The notes beneath the pieces are model-generated. The model worked only from the letters and a program-made list of their open reading frames with translations. It was not told where the DNA came from and ran no database searches. This document shows positions 1 through 9,099 of a stretch of 63,279 bases of DNA, piece after piece (position 1 is the first letter of the stretch; each line of letters begins with the position of its first letter). This stretch comes from a virus: the IMG/VR virus record IMGVR_UViG_3300009415_000003; one strand, written 5' to 3'. Position numbers and translations under genes: made by a program.

Positions 1-123
1 AACCTTAGCATGATTATAGAAAGTCTCTACTTTATGTTCATTCCAGCTATCAGAATCAATTATACAAATAGGCTGTACTGTAAGGCTTCCTGTCGTACTC
101 GTAAAGGGTAATCTGATATATGA
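1..123. repeat. Direct terminal repeat / circular-assembly overlap, copy 1
   Basis: Bases 1-123 are identical base for base to 63157-63279; implies a circular or terminally redundant unit of 63156 bp. Confidence 0.97.
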
Positions 124-354
124 TATAGCAGTAACAACTTGATTAGAATTGATATTGTAACTATCATTTAACATCCCGTTTCGCCAATCTGCTTTTGCGA
201 AGACTAAAGAATTAGAGACGTCTTGTCCATTCAATTCGATATAATTAGAATTGATATTGCTTTCTAAGTAATTTGATTTGATTGTGTCAGCTTCAACAAT
301 GGATTGAGCTGATAGAGAAAACGTGAATAATAGATAGATAATTAATAATTTCAT
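1..354 (-). CDS. Exported small protein, N-terminal 118 codons (gene crosses the window junction; C-terminal part is 63094..63156)
   Basis: The ATG at 352-354 overlaps the TGA of the upstream ORF (ATGA). It translates MKLLIIYLLFTFSLSA/QSIVEAD, a signal peptide with Gln at +1. The frame stays open to base 1 and continues through the repeat to TAA at 63094-63096, 138 aa in total. Confidence 0.7.
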   Translation of the reverse strand, partial: MKLLIIYLLFTFSLSAQSIVEADTIKSNYLESNINSNYIELNGQDVSNSLVFAKADWRNGMLNDSYNINSNQVVTAISYIRLPFTSTTGSLTVQPICIIDSDSWNEHKVETFYNHAKV

Positions 355-3300
355 CTGATTAATATTTTATAAGAATTAGATAATTGAGTACACTCGTTGA
401 CTTGTATATTGACCTGTTCGCCTTGATCCAGTTCTATTTCATAAATAAAAGGTTCATTATTATCTATTCCTGATTGAGTTCTTATGCATCCCGAATCGTA
501 TTCATTTATAATGAATTGATCCTTCCTGTAGTAGCTTGAAAGTTCAAATATATAATTTTTTGATTCTTGTGCTATGAAAGTTTCATTGAAACTTGACGTG
601 CCTTTTATTTCGGAGGGTAGATAATTAGTAGACATCAGATAATTTGCGTCATTTATGAGCGAAGACGGACAATTACAAAATTGATTAAAAAACTGAGATC
701 CTCTAATGACATCAAAAGTATTACTTGTGCAATTTGACGTTACAAATCCAGAAAACCTTATAGTTGATATATCGCATGGATCAGTATTGCCAATATTAAT
801 TGTTTCAAAAATATCCTCAGTATCTCCGCAATTTGTAGTGAATGTATATTGTTGTGAAAAAACAAGGCTGCCATTTGCGATTACTTCAAAAGTTCCATCA
901 AACTCAATAGGTCCACAACAATCATCAGAACAATTATAATTATATCCCCAAGACCAACCATATCCAGCTGCAAAACAATTAGCAGATAATGGGAATGGAG
1001 AATATGAATCAGTTCCAGTGCAACCTTCACACCCTGAAACATTAGCATTCCAGTTCTTTTCGGGGCAATTAGAATTACCTGATACATCTCTTGAATTTAA
1101 AGTATAGGTTCCGTCAGCACTTACACTTGTGCATCCAGAATTGCCTGAGATAAGAGTCGCACTGCCGTCTGGATTTAGTATCCTTCTGCTTTCAAAGTTA
1201 TCACAATCCGCACCCTGATAACTCCAACAAAGTTCGCACTCGTCGGGATCAAATAGTAAAGTAGCATTACAGTTACAAGTTGGTGCACAATTAAATTCAT
1301 TGCAGGTGGTCATTAAATTGCTGCATCCATTAGTGCCAATGAATATGACTTGATAAAACCCATTTTCAGTTACATTGTAAGTTGAATTGCCGTTTCCACT
1401 GCCTACATTTGTATTTCCACCTCCAGTACATCCTGAACTATTCCATTTCAAAACAACCCATGTACGATCTGGGCAACTATCCGATATATTAATGCGACAA
1501 TTTGAAGGGTCAAAAGAGGCTGTAGTTTGACTATCTGAACAGCTACAATTATTAACATTGCAATTCACTGTAGTTTGTGCATTCAAGGCGTTACATCCTT
1601 CACATCCTCTTACAGAAACTATCCAGTTGCCCGAAGCAGTGGCAGTAAAAGTATTGCTACTTCCATTTGGAAATTGTTGGCCAGAAGGTGAAACAAAAGT
1701 ATATGTCGCATTTGGGCAATTCGTAGCACTTGCAGTTAAAATACACCCATTACTTGTTAGCGTTACTGTGCTATTACAATTACATTGCGTTACAACATCA
1801 AAGCAATGCTCCGTTCTACATTGACTGCATCCAGTAGGGGTACAAGATACTACATAGCAATATCGACCTGGGCCATCGATGTCTACAATAGTATTAAGAT
1901 CTGTTAGGTTTCCGTTTTTCTCCCATAGATCACTTGCAGAACTACAATCTCCGTAATTCCCAAATGGTGTCGGATCAAAATCATAATTCCCCGTCCCTGA
2001 GCACCACGTCTGATCAGGAAAATTAAAGCTCGGGCAATTACAGCTCGGATCAACACAATTATTAGTGATTGTCCAAGTGTCTGAAAATGTTTCTCCCGCG
2101 CAATCCCCTGAATTACAAGTTAAATTTATTGTGAATACTCCATACTCTTCACATGTGGATTGACCAACGAAAAAACTACCATTACTCGAGATATTAATAT
2201 TACATCCAGACGGAGCTGTCACAGAACCCGACCAGTTCGAACAATTATTAATAAACCAATCCGAACCTAATTGATATGAGTTAAAACCCTCGGTTGTCCA
2301 ACATACTGACTCGTCGCTTGGCGCGGTGACTGTCGGTGCAGGATCACAAACTGGGTCCTGCGTACAAGTTGTTAGCTTAGCAAATCCAAAGTTTCTAACT
2401 GTACAGGGGTCCGTGGCTCCCGACAACTGTATACCATACCAACCGTCGCCGTTGGGGCACCCTGATAAAGAAACAGTAATGTCAACGCCTGGAGTAATAT
2501 TTTGTAAATTACAAAAAGACTCTGGAAAAGTAGTTGATCCCGCAGGACTTGCACCATTTCCATAATACGCGAGATTAACGTTACTATAAAGTGAGCCACA
2601 ATCCGAACCAACAAAATCTATAATCATCTCACAATCATTAACTCCTGTATCAATATTCACCTCACAATCACATACAGGCTCCAATGGAGGAACGCAATTT
2701 GCTTGTATTGATGGAGTGGTGATATCACAACAAGCGTCTCCGTTCTGTGTAATCTTTCTAGAAGTCCATAGAGAGTTATGGCAACCCGTGTCATTGGTCA
2801 TGTCATATGTCGTTATTCCTGAATTGACTGTAAAATTTGGAGACCCTGCTTGAGCTGGACTACATTCCATAACAAGACCCTCACCACCTGCAAAGTACTC
2901 TTGACACGCAGCTGAGCTTGCATCTACTCTAATGATACAATTATCAATAGTTACAATAGGTTCGCACAAACAGCAATTTGCAGGATCGTCTAATACAATG
3001 TTCCAGCTGCCAGACTTTTTACATCCGTCTGGAGTTTCAAGGTTAAACCCAATGCTTTGTCCTCCCTGACAACCATTATATTCAGGATTTATCGTTAAGC
3101 TGCTTTCTAAATTTGGGAGCCATTGTATCGTAGTTCCTGCCGGTTGCAAGTTTTGTATACCTACAATGATATCATCATCATTGTAGCAAACAGCATTAGC
3201 ATAACTACAATCGGGATCGACTTGAAACGTTGCGCCTCCATCAAGCGATATCACGCATTCAAATGTAGCCACTTCAAATACCGTCACATTGAATTGAGCT

Positions 3301-3554
3301 ATTGAGTTACATTCGGGCTTATCGCAGTCGCCAGAAAATCCGTAATATGTGCCACTCTCTGTGGTTATGAAACTTCCTGATCCAGTAGCTGTTAGTTCTG
3401 GTGTTCCGCTTAAATTCTTAGACCATTTAGCATCTCTTCCCCCGCCTGTTAGAAAAGCAGCATAGCAAAACTCACACTCTATGACAGCATCAACTGTTTG
3501 AGCATTGCCTGAAAAAAATGGCAAAATAAATAATACGATAAGTAACTTTTTCAT
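351..3554 (-). CDS. Exported giant cysteine-rich repeat protein (adhesin-like)
   Basis: 1067-aa ORF. The N-terminus MKKLLIVLFILPFFSGNA/QT is a signal peptide. I counted about 79 Cys by hand, in recurring GC/NC/CxC/CxxC modules. The C-terminal ~90 aa look like a beta-sandwich module. No catalytic motif recognised. Confidence 0.85.
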   Translation of the reverse strand: MKKLLIVLFILPFFSGNAQTVDAVIECEFCYAAFLTGGGRDAKWSKNLSGTPELTATGSGSFITTESGTYYGFSGDCDKPECNSIAQFNVTVFEVATFECVISLDGGATFQVDPDCSYANAVCYNDDDIIVGIQNLQPAGTTIQWLPNLESSLTINPEYNGCQGGQSIGFNLETPDGCKKSGSWNIVLDDPANCCLCEPIVTIDNCIIRVDASSAACQEYFAGGEGLVMECSPAQAGSPNFTVNSGITTYDMTNDTGCHNSLWTSRKITQNGDACCDITTPSIQANCVPPLEPVCDCEVNIDTGVNDCEMIIDFVGSDCGSLYSNVNLAYYGNGASPAGSTTFPESFCNLQNITPGVDITVSLSGCPNGDGWYGIQLSGATDPCTVRNFGFAKLTTCTQDPVCDPAPTVTAPSDESVCWTTEGFNSYQLGSDWFINNCSNWSGSVTAPSGCNINISSNGSFFVGQSTCEEYGVFTINLTCNSGDCAGETFSDTWTITNNCVDPSCNCPSFNFPDQTWCSGTGNYDFDPTPFGNYGDCSSASDLWEKNGNLTDLNTIVDIDGPGRYCYVVSCTPTGCSQCRTEHCFDVVTQCNCNSTVTLTSNGCILTASATNCPNATYTFVSPSGQQFPNGSSNTFTATASGNWIVSVRGCEGCNALNAQTTVNCNVNNCSCSDSQTTASFDPSNCRINISDSCPDRTWVVLKWNSSGCTGGGNTNVGSGNGNSTYNVTENGFYQVIFIGTNGCSNLMTTCNEFNCAPTCNCNATLLFDPDECELCWSYQGADCDNFESRRILNPDGSATLISGNSGCTSVSADGTYTLNSRDVSGNSNCPEKNWNANVSGCEGCTGTDSYSPFPLSANCFAAGYGWSWGYNYNCSDDCCGPIEFDGTFEVIANGSLVFSQQYTFTTNCGDTEDIFETINIGNTDPCDISTIRFSGFVTSNCTSNTFDVIRGSQFFNQFCNCPSSLINDANYLMSTNYLPSEIKGTSSFNETFIAQESKNYIFELSSYYRKDQFIINEYDSGCIRTQSGIDNNEPFIYEIELDQGEQVNIQVNECTQLSNSYKILIR

Positions 3555-3922
3555 TCAGCTGGTTCTGGTTCTTCAAAGCAAGCCCAATTAGGCGTAGCTT
3601 TTTTGCAAATGTCAAACTCATAACTAACCCTACTACTGCACCCTAAGCTCTCACAAACACAACTGACAAATACTGTATGACTCCCAACAGATAAAGTACC
3701 TGCATGAATAGTTACAGTTCCATCTATCTGTGATACTGTGCCCTCTGATGTACCATAGCTATAATTATTCGTGCTGTAATTATCAGTGCATGTGCTTGGA
3801 CCTAAAGTAATATCTTGACTCTCACAAAAGGGGCCACAAGGAATAAAGGCAATGTCAACTACCTCCACACTTGGACATGATAGCCAAAGGAAAATCAATA
3901 ATATGATGCTATTCCTAATCAT
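3551..3922 (-). CDS. Exported Cys-rich protein, paralogue of the N-terminal half of 4810..5466
   Basis: 123 aa with N-terminus MIRNSIILLIFLWLSC (signal peptide/lipobox). It shares the pattern C.DNY..Y...G.V..G.....F.V.C.C...C with the 218-aa neighbour. The start overlaps the upstream stop. Confidence 0.75.
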   Translation of the reverse strand: MIRNSIILLIFLWLSCPSVEVVDIAFIPCGPFCESQDITLGPSTCTDNYSTNNYSYGTSEGTVSQIDGTVTIHAGTLSVGSHTVFVSCVCESLGCSSRVSYEFDICKKATPNWACFEEPEPAE

Positions 3923-4800
3923 AGACAGTCCTCATTTTGAAAGGTGGTTTTGACAAATAGATTTGCAGAACACATGACTGTACAGCCTTCTGCATCTGTC
4001 ACCTCTACATGATAGGCTCCGTCATCTGTCACTATTGGATCTTCTACTGTAGATGTAAAACCATTTGGACCTGACCATACATAAGTGAATGGTGCGTTGC
4101 TTCCTGTTACTGTCAAATCAAATTGCCCAGACGGTGTATTATTTCTGCATATTTTGACGTTCTCGACTGAACAAGATAAGTCACTGTCTGATATTACAAT
4201 CTTCTCCACTGCTGCACCCATACACATACAATCATCTGTGACATCTTCGCTGACGGTCACTGAGTAAGTACCTGCCATTATTACATCTATGCATTCTGTC
4301 GTTTCGCCTGTGCTCCATACAAAATCAGGATTGACATAATTATTAGTCACTGCACAGATCTCTACCGACTCATCACAGAGCAACTCGTAAGGTGCTGATA
4401 TTTCGACTATGTATTTCTCGCAGCAATCCTCACTGCCTCCACCTTCACATGGGATGTATAGGGTAGTGGTTCCTGATCCAACACATCCTGTACAGTCTGG
4501 AAAAGAACCTGAGTATGTAAATGAGTAAGGTCCGCAAACCATTGGATCAAAACAGTGGTCATGTGGCCATTGGCTACCCTGAGTATAAATTGTTTCGCCT
4601 ACTGGTGAATTGAGAATGGTGATAGTGCCGCCTGGATCTGGCCTTAATCCATTTTCGTTAGAGTCAATTAAGTCTATGAAGTTATGACACTCTAACCAAT
4701 AGGCAATATGCAATTGGTGTTTCGTATGCTGATCATATTTATCATATGCATACCAAACACCAATTGTTATTAATATTATTAAGACTATCCAACGTTTCAA
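3919..4800 (-). CDS. Membrane-anchored/exported Cys-rich protein with SprB-repeat-like Ig module
   Basis: 293 aa with an N-terminal hydrophobic anchor MKRWIVLIILITIGVWYAY. The C-terminal CRNNTPSGQFDLTVTGSNAPFTYVWSGPNGFTSTVEDPIV..GAYHVEVTDAEGC fits the SprB-repeat/Ig-like pattern of Bacteroidota gliding adhesins. Confidence 0.75.
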   Translation of the reverse strand: MKRWIVLIILITIGVWYAYDKYDQHTKHQLHIAYWLECHNFIDLIDSNENGLRPDPGGTITILNSPVGETIYTQGSQWPHDHCFDPMVCGPYSFTYSGSFPDCTGCVGSGTTTLYIPCEGGGSEDCCEKYIVEISAPYELLCDESVEICAVTNNYVNPDFVWSTGETTECIDVIMAGTYSVTVSEDVTDDCMCMGAAVEKIVISDSDLSCSVENVKICRNNTPSGQFDLTVTGSNAPFTYVWSGPNGFTSTVEDPIVTDDGAYHVEVTDAEGCTVMCSANLFVKTTFQNEDCL

Positions 4801-4809
4801 TAGTGGTTT

Positions 4810-5466
4810 TTATGGGTCGCAAATTTCTAATTGTACTGGTAATTTCACTTGTACCGTCACATCAATTGTAGACACACAACCATCTGGGAATGTCACTGTA
4901 GCCGTGAATACATCACCGTCAGTACATGGACTACAAATTTCTGTATTGTTTCCTGTAGCGACGACTGCACCTGAGATGTCAGTCCATTCAACAGTAGACC
5001 CTGCTGGCAGTCCTGGTATATTACCATTCATCTGATCAGTCTCACAGACTCTATGAGTACAATTCCCTTGATTACCATCTGCAACATAGCCGCCTTGACC
5101 TGGTGGCACTGGTATTGTCCTTAATTGACAAGATAAATCTGGTGCTGCTGATACTGGCACTGAGAAAATAGTAACGTTCTCACATGGAGCAGTAGGATCA
5201 TCACATGTACAGGTGACTGAGAAATCAAAAGTAGGAGCTGTGAAGTTAGCAGGTATATTGTATGTAGCCACACCACTTGCATCAACGGTTACACCTGTAG
5301 AAGCAATATAAGTATATCCACTACCATAATTGTCAGAACATCCTGCATCAACCATTCCAGTCGCTCCATTTGGACCTAAACAAATAGGATCACAAATGAC
5401 ATCCTGAGAGAACACTGCAATAGAAATAAGTGATAATAGTATAATTAAAATAATCTTATCTCTCAT
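4810..5466 (-). CDS. Exported Cys-rich protein (paralogue family)
   Basis: 218 aa with signal peptide MRDKIILIILLSLISIAVFS/QD. About 20 Cys. Its N-terminal half is paralogous to 3551..3922. Confidence 0.8.
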   Translation of the reverse strand: MRDKIILIILLSLISIAVFSQDVICDPICLGPNGATGMVDAGCSDNYGSGYTYIASTGVTVDASGVATYNIPANFTAPTFDFSVTCTCDDPTAPCENVTIFSVPVSAAPDLSCQLRTIPVPPGQGGYVADGNQGNCTHRVCETDQMNGNIPGLPAGSTVEWTDISGAVVATGNNTEICSPCTDGDVFTATVTFPDGCVSTIDVTVQVKLPVQLEICDP

Positions 5467-5776
5467 CCTTAAAATATTTTTTAGTCATAACATAGAGTCT
5501 CAATTCACCTTCTTTTTTTTCTCTTCTTTCTTTTTCCTCTAAAGCCATTTGGTATTGAAAAACATCATTGCCATCAAGTGAAATTTTACTTTTCTTTTCA
5601 ATGACTTTTAATTCCAATGATTCCTCATCCGCTTTTCTGATGATCACTGTTTTCTTATCAATCAGCTCTGTTAATGTCCTATAAGTAATTCCTCCAAGTG
5701 GTGGAGGTGCTACAACTACCTGCCCAAATCCCACAAAGGAAATAGCCGATAAAATAAGTGTTGTGATTATTTTCAT
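5456..5776 (-). CDS. Exported small Lys/Glu-rich protein
   Basis: 106 aa with signal peptide MKIITTLILSAISFVGFG/QV. Overlaps both neighbours, suggesting translational coupling. Confidence 0.7.
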   Translation of the reverse strand: MKIITTLILSAISFVGFGQVVVAPPPLGGITYRTLTELIDKKTVIIRKADEESLELKVIEKKSKISLDGNDVFQYQMALEEKERREKKEGELRLYVMTKKYFKDER

Positions 5777-6681
5777 TGTATTTGATTTAAGCCTAAGTCA
5801 ACTATCGCAGCAGCATTAAGGTGGACATTATCACACCAAGTATATTGCTCTGTACTATGTGCGACTCCCGAGAAGTCTATAGCGAGTTGATCAAAGGCAT
5901 TATTGATATTCGTAATTCCGTTAGCTGGATAAATGACTGACCCAGTTTTTAATTTTATAAAATTCCATTCTGGTAGCTGACCTATATGACCATTTAAGCC
6001 ATTGATCAAGTCAGTCATATTAGAATAATAATTTGCTGAATTAGTCGCTCCTGTATCTGCTTCTCCTTGAGTCCATATGACTTTTAAGACATTGACATTT
6101 CTTGTGCCTGCCCATGCGATTAAATCATCATAAGCATCTAATGTAGTCTGATATAATTCATTAGGAGTATTGACATTCCAGTCTGAGTCATTAGGGTCTT
6201 GAAATAAAGATGTACCACCGTCAGCGACTTTTAATAATACCGTGACATTACAGTTCTCTTTTGAAAACTCATTAGCATAAACAGAACCAACTGAATAATG
6301 ATCGCTGAACCCGACATATCCAGTATTGCTACCAAATTCTAATAGATCACCAAAGCCATACCCATTACCTCCTACATTCGTATTCCATACATGAGCATCT
6401 CCGTCACTTGTAACTAAACTTAAATCATCTCCACATCGTGCACCTGCATTAGATTGACCTAATTCGATAATCACATCAATGTTGCATCCACAAGGTCTGT
6501 ATTCAGTAATACCTCCATCATCAATAAATGAAAAAACATTAGTCTCTTCTAAATATACCATCTCTGACTCATTAAAAGAATCAGAGATAGATGATTTACA
6601 TGTGTCCATTTCGCTTTGCGCAAAACCAAAGACAGAAAAAATAACTGCCACTATTCCAATATATCTCTTGAGTCCTATCAT
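5773..6681 (-). CDS. Exported SASA/DUF303-type carbohydrate O-acetylesterase (SGNH-like)
   Basis: 302 aa with signal peptide ..AVIFSVFGFA/QS. The blocks LGQSNAGAR, WTQGEADT and DNVHLN match the GQSNM ... W.QGE.D ... H signature of sialate O-acetylesterase-like esterases. Confidence 0.6.
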   Translation of the reverse strand: MIGLKRYIGIVAVIFSVFGFAQSEMDTCKSSISDSFNESEMVYLEETNVFSFIDDGGITEYRPCGCNIDVIIELGQSNAGARCGDDLSLVTSDGDAHVWNTNVGGNGYGFGDLLEFGSNTGYVGFSDHYSVGSVYANEFSKENCNVTVLLKVADGGTSLFQDPNDSDWNVNTPNELYQTTLDAYDDLIAWAGTRNVNVLKVIWTQGEADTGATNSANYYSNMTDLINGLNGHIGQLPEWNFIKLKTGSVIYPANGITNINNAFDQLAIDFSGVAHSTEQYTWCDNVHLNAAAIVDLGLNQIQ

Positions 6682-9099
6682 TTATTTCTGTAATTCTTTG
6701 ATTTGTTTTTCTAAGTCGTTTATTTTTTCAGCTTGTGCCTTTATAAGCGATAAGATTAATCCATCCATATCAGCCGTTTCTATTTTTTCATGATCGTGAA
6801 TAACTCCAATGTCATGACCTACGACATTGTAAAAATCCTCTGCCATGATACCAATATGCTGATCCTGATAACCTTGATAAGCCCACTTCGTAATGTCAAC
6901 ATTCAAGAACCGATCATACATTGATTGATAATTAACTGTTGAGAAATCATGCTTGAATTTCCTTGCTGATATTGCCGCCCAAGCTGTTGCACCAGCTCCT
7001 AATGTTGCACCTGTTAATTGAGCTTGATCTGAGTACATCCATATACCATTCTGACCGACCATTTTAACCTCGTCGGTATTAGTAGAATTTAAAGGGACGT
7101 TGTTAGCTGTGTTCCATAGAAAAACTCTATCATGTAAGGCATGCGAATTAGTCCCTAATATGACTGATGAATTAGTATTATTTCCTTCATTTCCATTACC
7201 TACTGCAATGGTAGATCCTGTATTTACAAAAACACCATTTATTCCAGATAAGAATGAATTGATTGAATTTCTATGGCTCATGTTCTGACCGCCTAAATAA
7301 TTATTTTGACCGTCAAATGATCTTACTTGCTGACCTATGACTGATGATCGACTTGTTTCATCTATTTTATTTCCAGCACCAAAGACAACATTATCAAATG
7401 AATTATCTACTCTGTTTTGCTGACCACCTACCCAAGTGTTATCACTATTATCTATTGAATCTCTTGTACCTATAGCACCAGAGGCTAATGAATTTAAGGC
7501 TATGTTATCTTGACCAAACCATAGTCCATTTTGTGAAGCCTGAATATCATTTCTTCTACCTCCACCAAATGAGTGATGAGAAGCCCTCCAGTAATTCTCA
7601 CGACCTGCAAAAAATCCAGACTGAGATAGTTCATTGTTATTAGTCCTACCTCCTGTCATAGACCAGTTACCATTAGAAGTAACATCATTTGAATTGACTA
7701 TATTAATTCTATGATTTGTCGTAACTCCCGTCATTAATGCATTATCACTATCCATCCCCGACACAATCAAATCAAAGTCACCTGTGCTGCCTCCATGTAA
7801 CAATCCTGTATGTAATGTCTTATGTAATCTTAGTACACAATTTTCATTAAACTGCCTGCCATCCTCATCTAAGTAAACTTCATTCGCACATAGTTCTTCT
7901 TCTACCGTTCCGTTTGGATTAAGAAACTGTAATGACTCACTAATGCCATCAGCATTAGTAATTCGCTGTACAAAAGGTGGATCATGCAAGACAATTGTAT
8001 CAGCTTCACATGTACTTGATACATGTACAATCAAGGTATCTTGAGCGACATATAATGAGCTTGGATGTACCGCTGGAATATCTTCACATTCGCTGATTGA
8101 ACCAACTAAGTCTAAAGGAAATGTTGTGTCCGTTCCTGTCTGTGGATCAGTAGACGTAATGATTAATTGACTACTGTCTGCATTATAGGCGAAGTCAGTA
8201 ATACATGATCTACAGAATGTAACTTTGCTTCCGTCTGGAGACGTGATCGTAGTATTGCCGCCTGTATTAGTCCATGATACTGTCGTGTCTGTTATCGTAT
8301 CTCCTACATTATTTGCATCCGCATCTTGTAAATTATACGTTCCATCTCCATTGTCAACCATTGTATAACAGTCAGCACATTCGCTCCCACCTTCTGGATA
8401 AGGCACTGTTGAAACTGTATTGCCGTCTACATCAATTAAGATTAAATTACCATCTGCATCTGTGCCTAAAGTGTAGCTTGGACAAGTCTCACAGAAAGTA
8501 ACTACTGTGCCTTCATCAGTTGTAAATGTTCCCGTACCTGTACCATCTATGTCTACGCTTAATATTCCATCATCACCATCTTCGCCTGGAGTTCCTGGTG
8601 CTCCAGTTTCTCCTGGTGGACCTGTTTCTCCGTCAGGTCCTGGTTCGCCTTGTGGGCCAGCCTCTCCTGGTGCTCCATCAGCACCGTCAGCTCCAGCAGG
8701 ACCTGGTTCATTAGGTGGACATTCTGCACAATCCCCTACGATATCACCACCGCCTCCACCTGACTTGAGACATTCGATTAAATCAGCATCACTCGTAAAG
8801 TTTACGATTCGACTTTTTGAATATCTTGTACCATCTATATTAACCATAGTTGATGTAAATGAAACATCATTATAGCCTACAGAAAAATTACGTTGTGCGC
8901 CTGTCACCACGTCAGAGACTTGTAATCCTTGAAATGGTGTCGCTGTATAATTCCCTGACTTAGTAAATTCTGTCTGCAATTCACAGACACATTCAATAGA
9001 TATTGGATTTAATTTCTGAGCACTTACATTAAGCGCAAAGAGTAATGAAAAAAGTAATGCTATATGTTTCATGTTTAAATTATTTGTGATCCAGTTCAT
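6682..9099 (-). CDS. Exported collagen-like / beta-helical fibre protein with C-terminal S74 intramolecular-chaperone (self-cleaving) domain
   Basis: 805 aa. There is a signal peptide MKHIALLFSLLFALNVSA/QK (an alternative ATG lies at 9072). It has 15 G-X-Y triplets and Asn/Gly/Ser-rich repeats resembling YadA-head/tailspike beta-helix. The C-terminal ISARKFKHDF...HIGIMAEDFYNVV...LILSLIKAQAEKINDLEKQIKEL fits the Peptidase_S74 chaperone-of-endosialidase pattern (S-x-R-x-K cleavage motif). Confidence 0.8.
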   Translation of the reverse strand: MNWITNNLNMKHIALLFSLLFALNVSAQKLNPISIECVCELQTEFTKSGNYTATPFQGLQVSDVVTGAQRNFSVGYNDVSFTSTMVNIDGTRYSKSRIVNFTSDADLIECLKSGGGGGDIVGDCAECPPNEPGPAGADGADGAPGEAGPQGEPGPDGETGPPGETGAPGTPGEDGDDGILSVDIDGTGTGTFTTDEGTVVTFCETCPSYTLGTDADGNLILIDVDGNTVSTVPYPEGGSECADCYTMVDNGDGTYNLQDADANNVGDTITDTTVSWTNTGGNTTITSPDGSKVTFCRSCITDFAYNADSSQLIITSTDPQTGTDTTFPLDLVGSISECEDIPAVHPSSLYVAQDTLIVHVSSTCEADTIVLHDPPFVQRITNADGISESLQFLNPNGTVEEELCANEVYLDEDGRQFNENCVLRLHKTLHTGLLHGGSTGDFDLIVSGMDSDNALMTGVTTNHRINIVNSNDVTSNGNWSMTGGRTNNNELSQSGFFAGRENYWRASHHSFGGGRRNDIQASQNGLWFGQDNIALNSLASGAIGTRDSIDNSDNTWVGGQQNRVDNSFDNVVFGAGNKIDETSRSSVIGQQVRSFDGQNNYLGGQNMSHRNSINSFLSGINGVFVNTGSTIAVGNGNEGNNTNSSVILGTNSHALHDRVFLWNTANNVPLNSTNTDEVKMVGQNGIWMYSDQAQLTGATLGAGATAWAAISARKFKHDFSTVNYQSMYDRFLNVDITKWAYQGYQDQHIGIMAEDFYNVVGHDIGVIHDHEKIETADMDGLILSLIKAQAEKINDLEKQIKELQK
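8566..8703 (-). repeat. Collagen-like G-X-Y triplet repeat (coding)
   Basis: Encodes GPAGADGADGAPGEAGPQGEPGPDGETGPPGETGAPGTPGEDGDDG (residues ~133-178 of the 805-aa ORF). Confidence 0.9.

Noticed and set aside
351-650. Possible type IX secretion C-terminal sorting domain at the end of the 1067-aa protein
   Set aside because: The C-terminal ~90 aa look like a beta-sandwich, but they lack the conserved type A or type B (CHU_C) CTD motifs I can recognise. This is left open pending an HMM test.
706-3305. Short ORFs inside or antisense to the 1067-aa gene (706..939, 881..1087, 1558..1824, 2326..2565, 2372..2614, 3123..3305)
   Set aside because: All are nested in a long, clearly coding ORF and have low-complexity, Cys-free or hydrophobic junk-like translations. 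They are treated as shadow ORFs.
8507-8875. 122-aa + strand ORF (and 8526..8714, 8274..8501) rich in Pro/Ser/Gly
   Set aside because: It lies antisense to the collagen-like G-X-Y region of 6682..9099. The triplet periodicity keeps the opposite strand open, and there is no independent start context or promoter.
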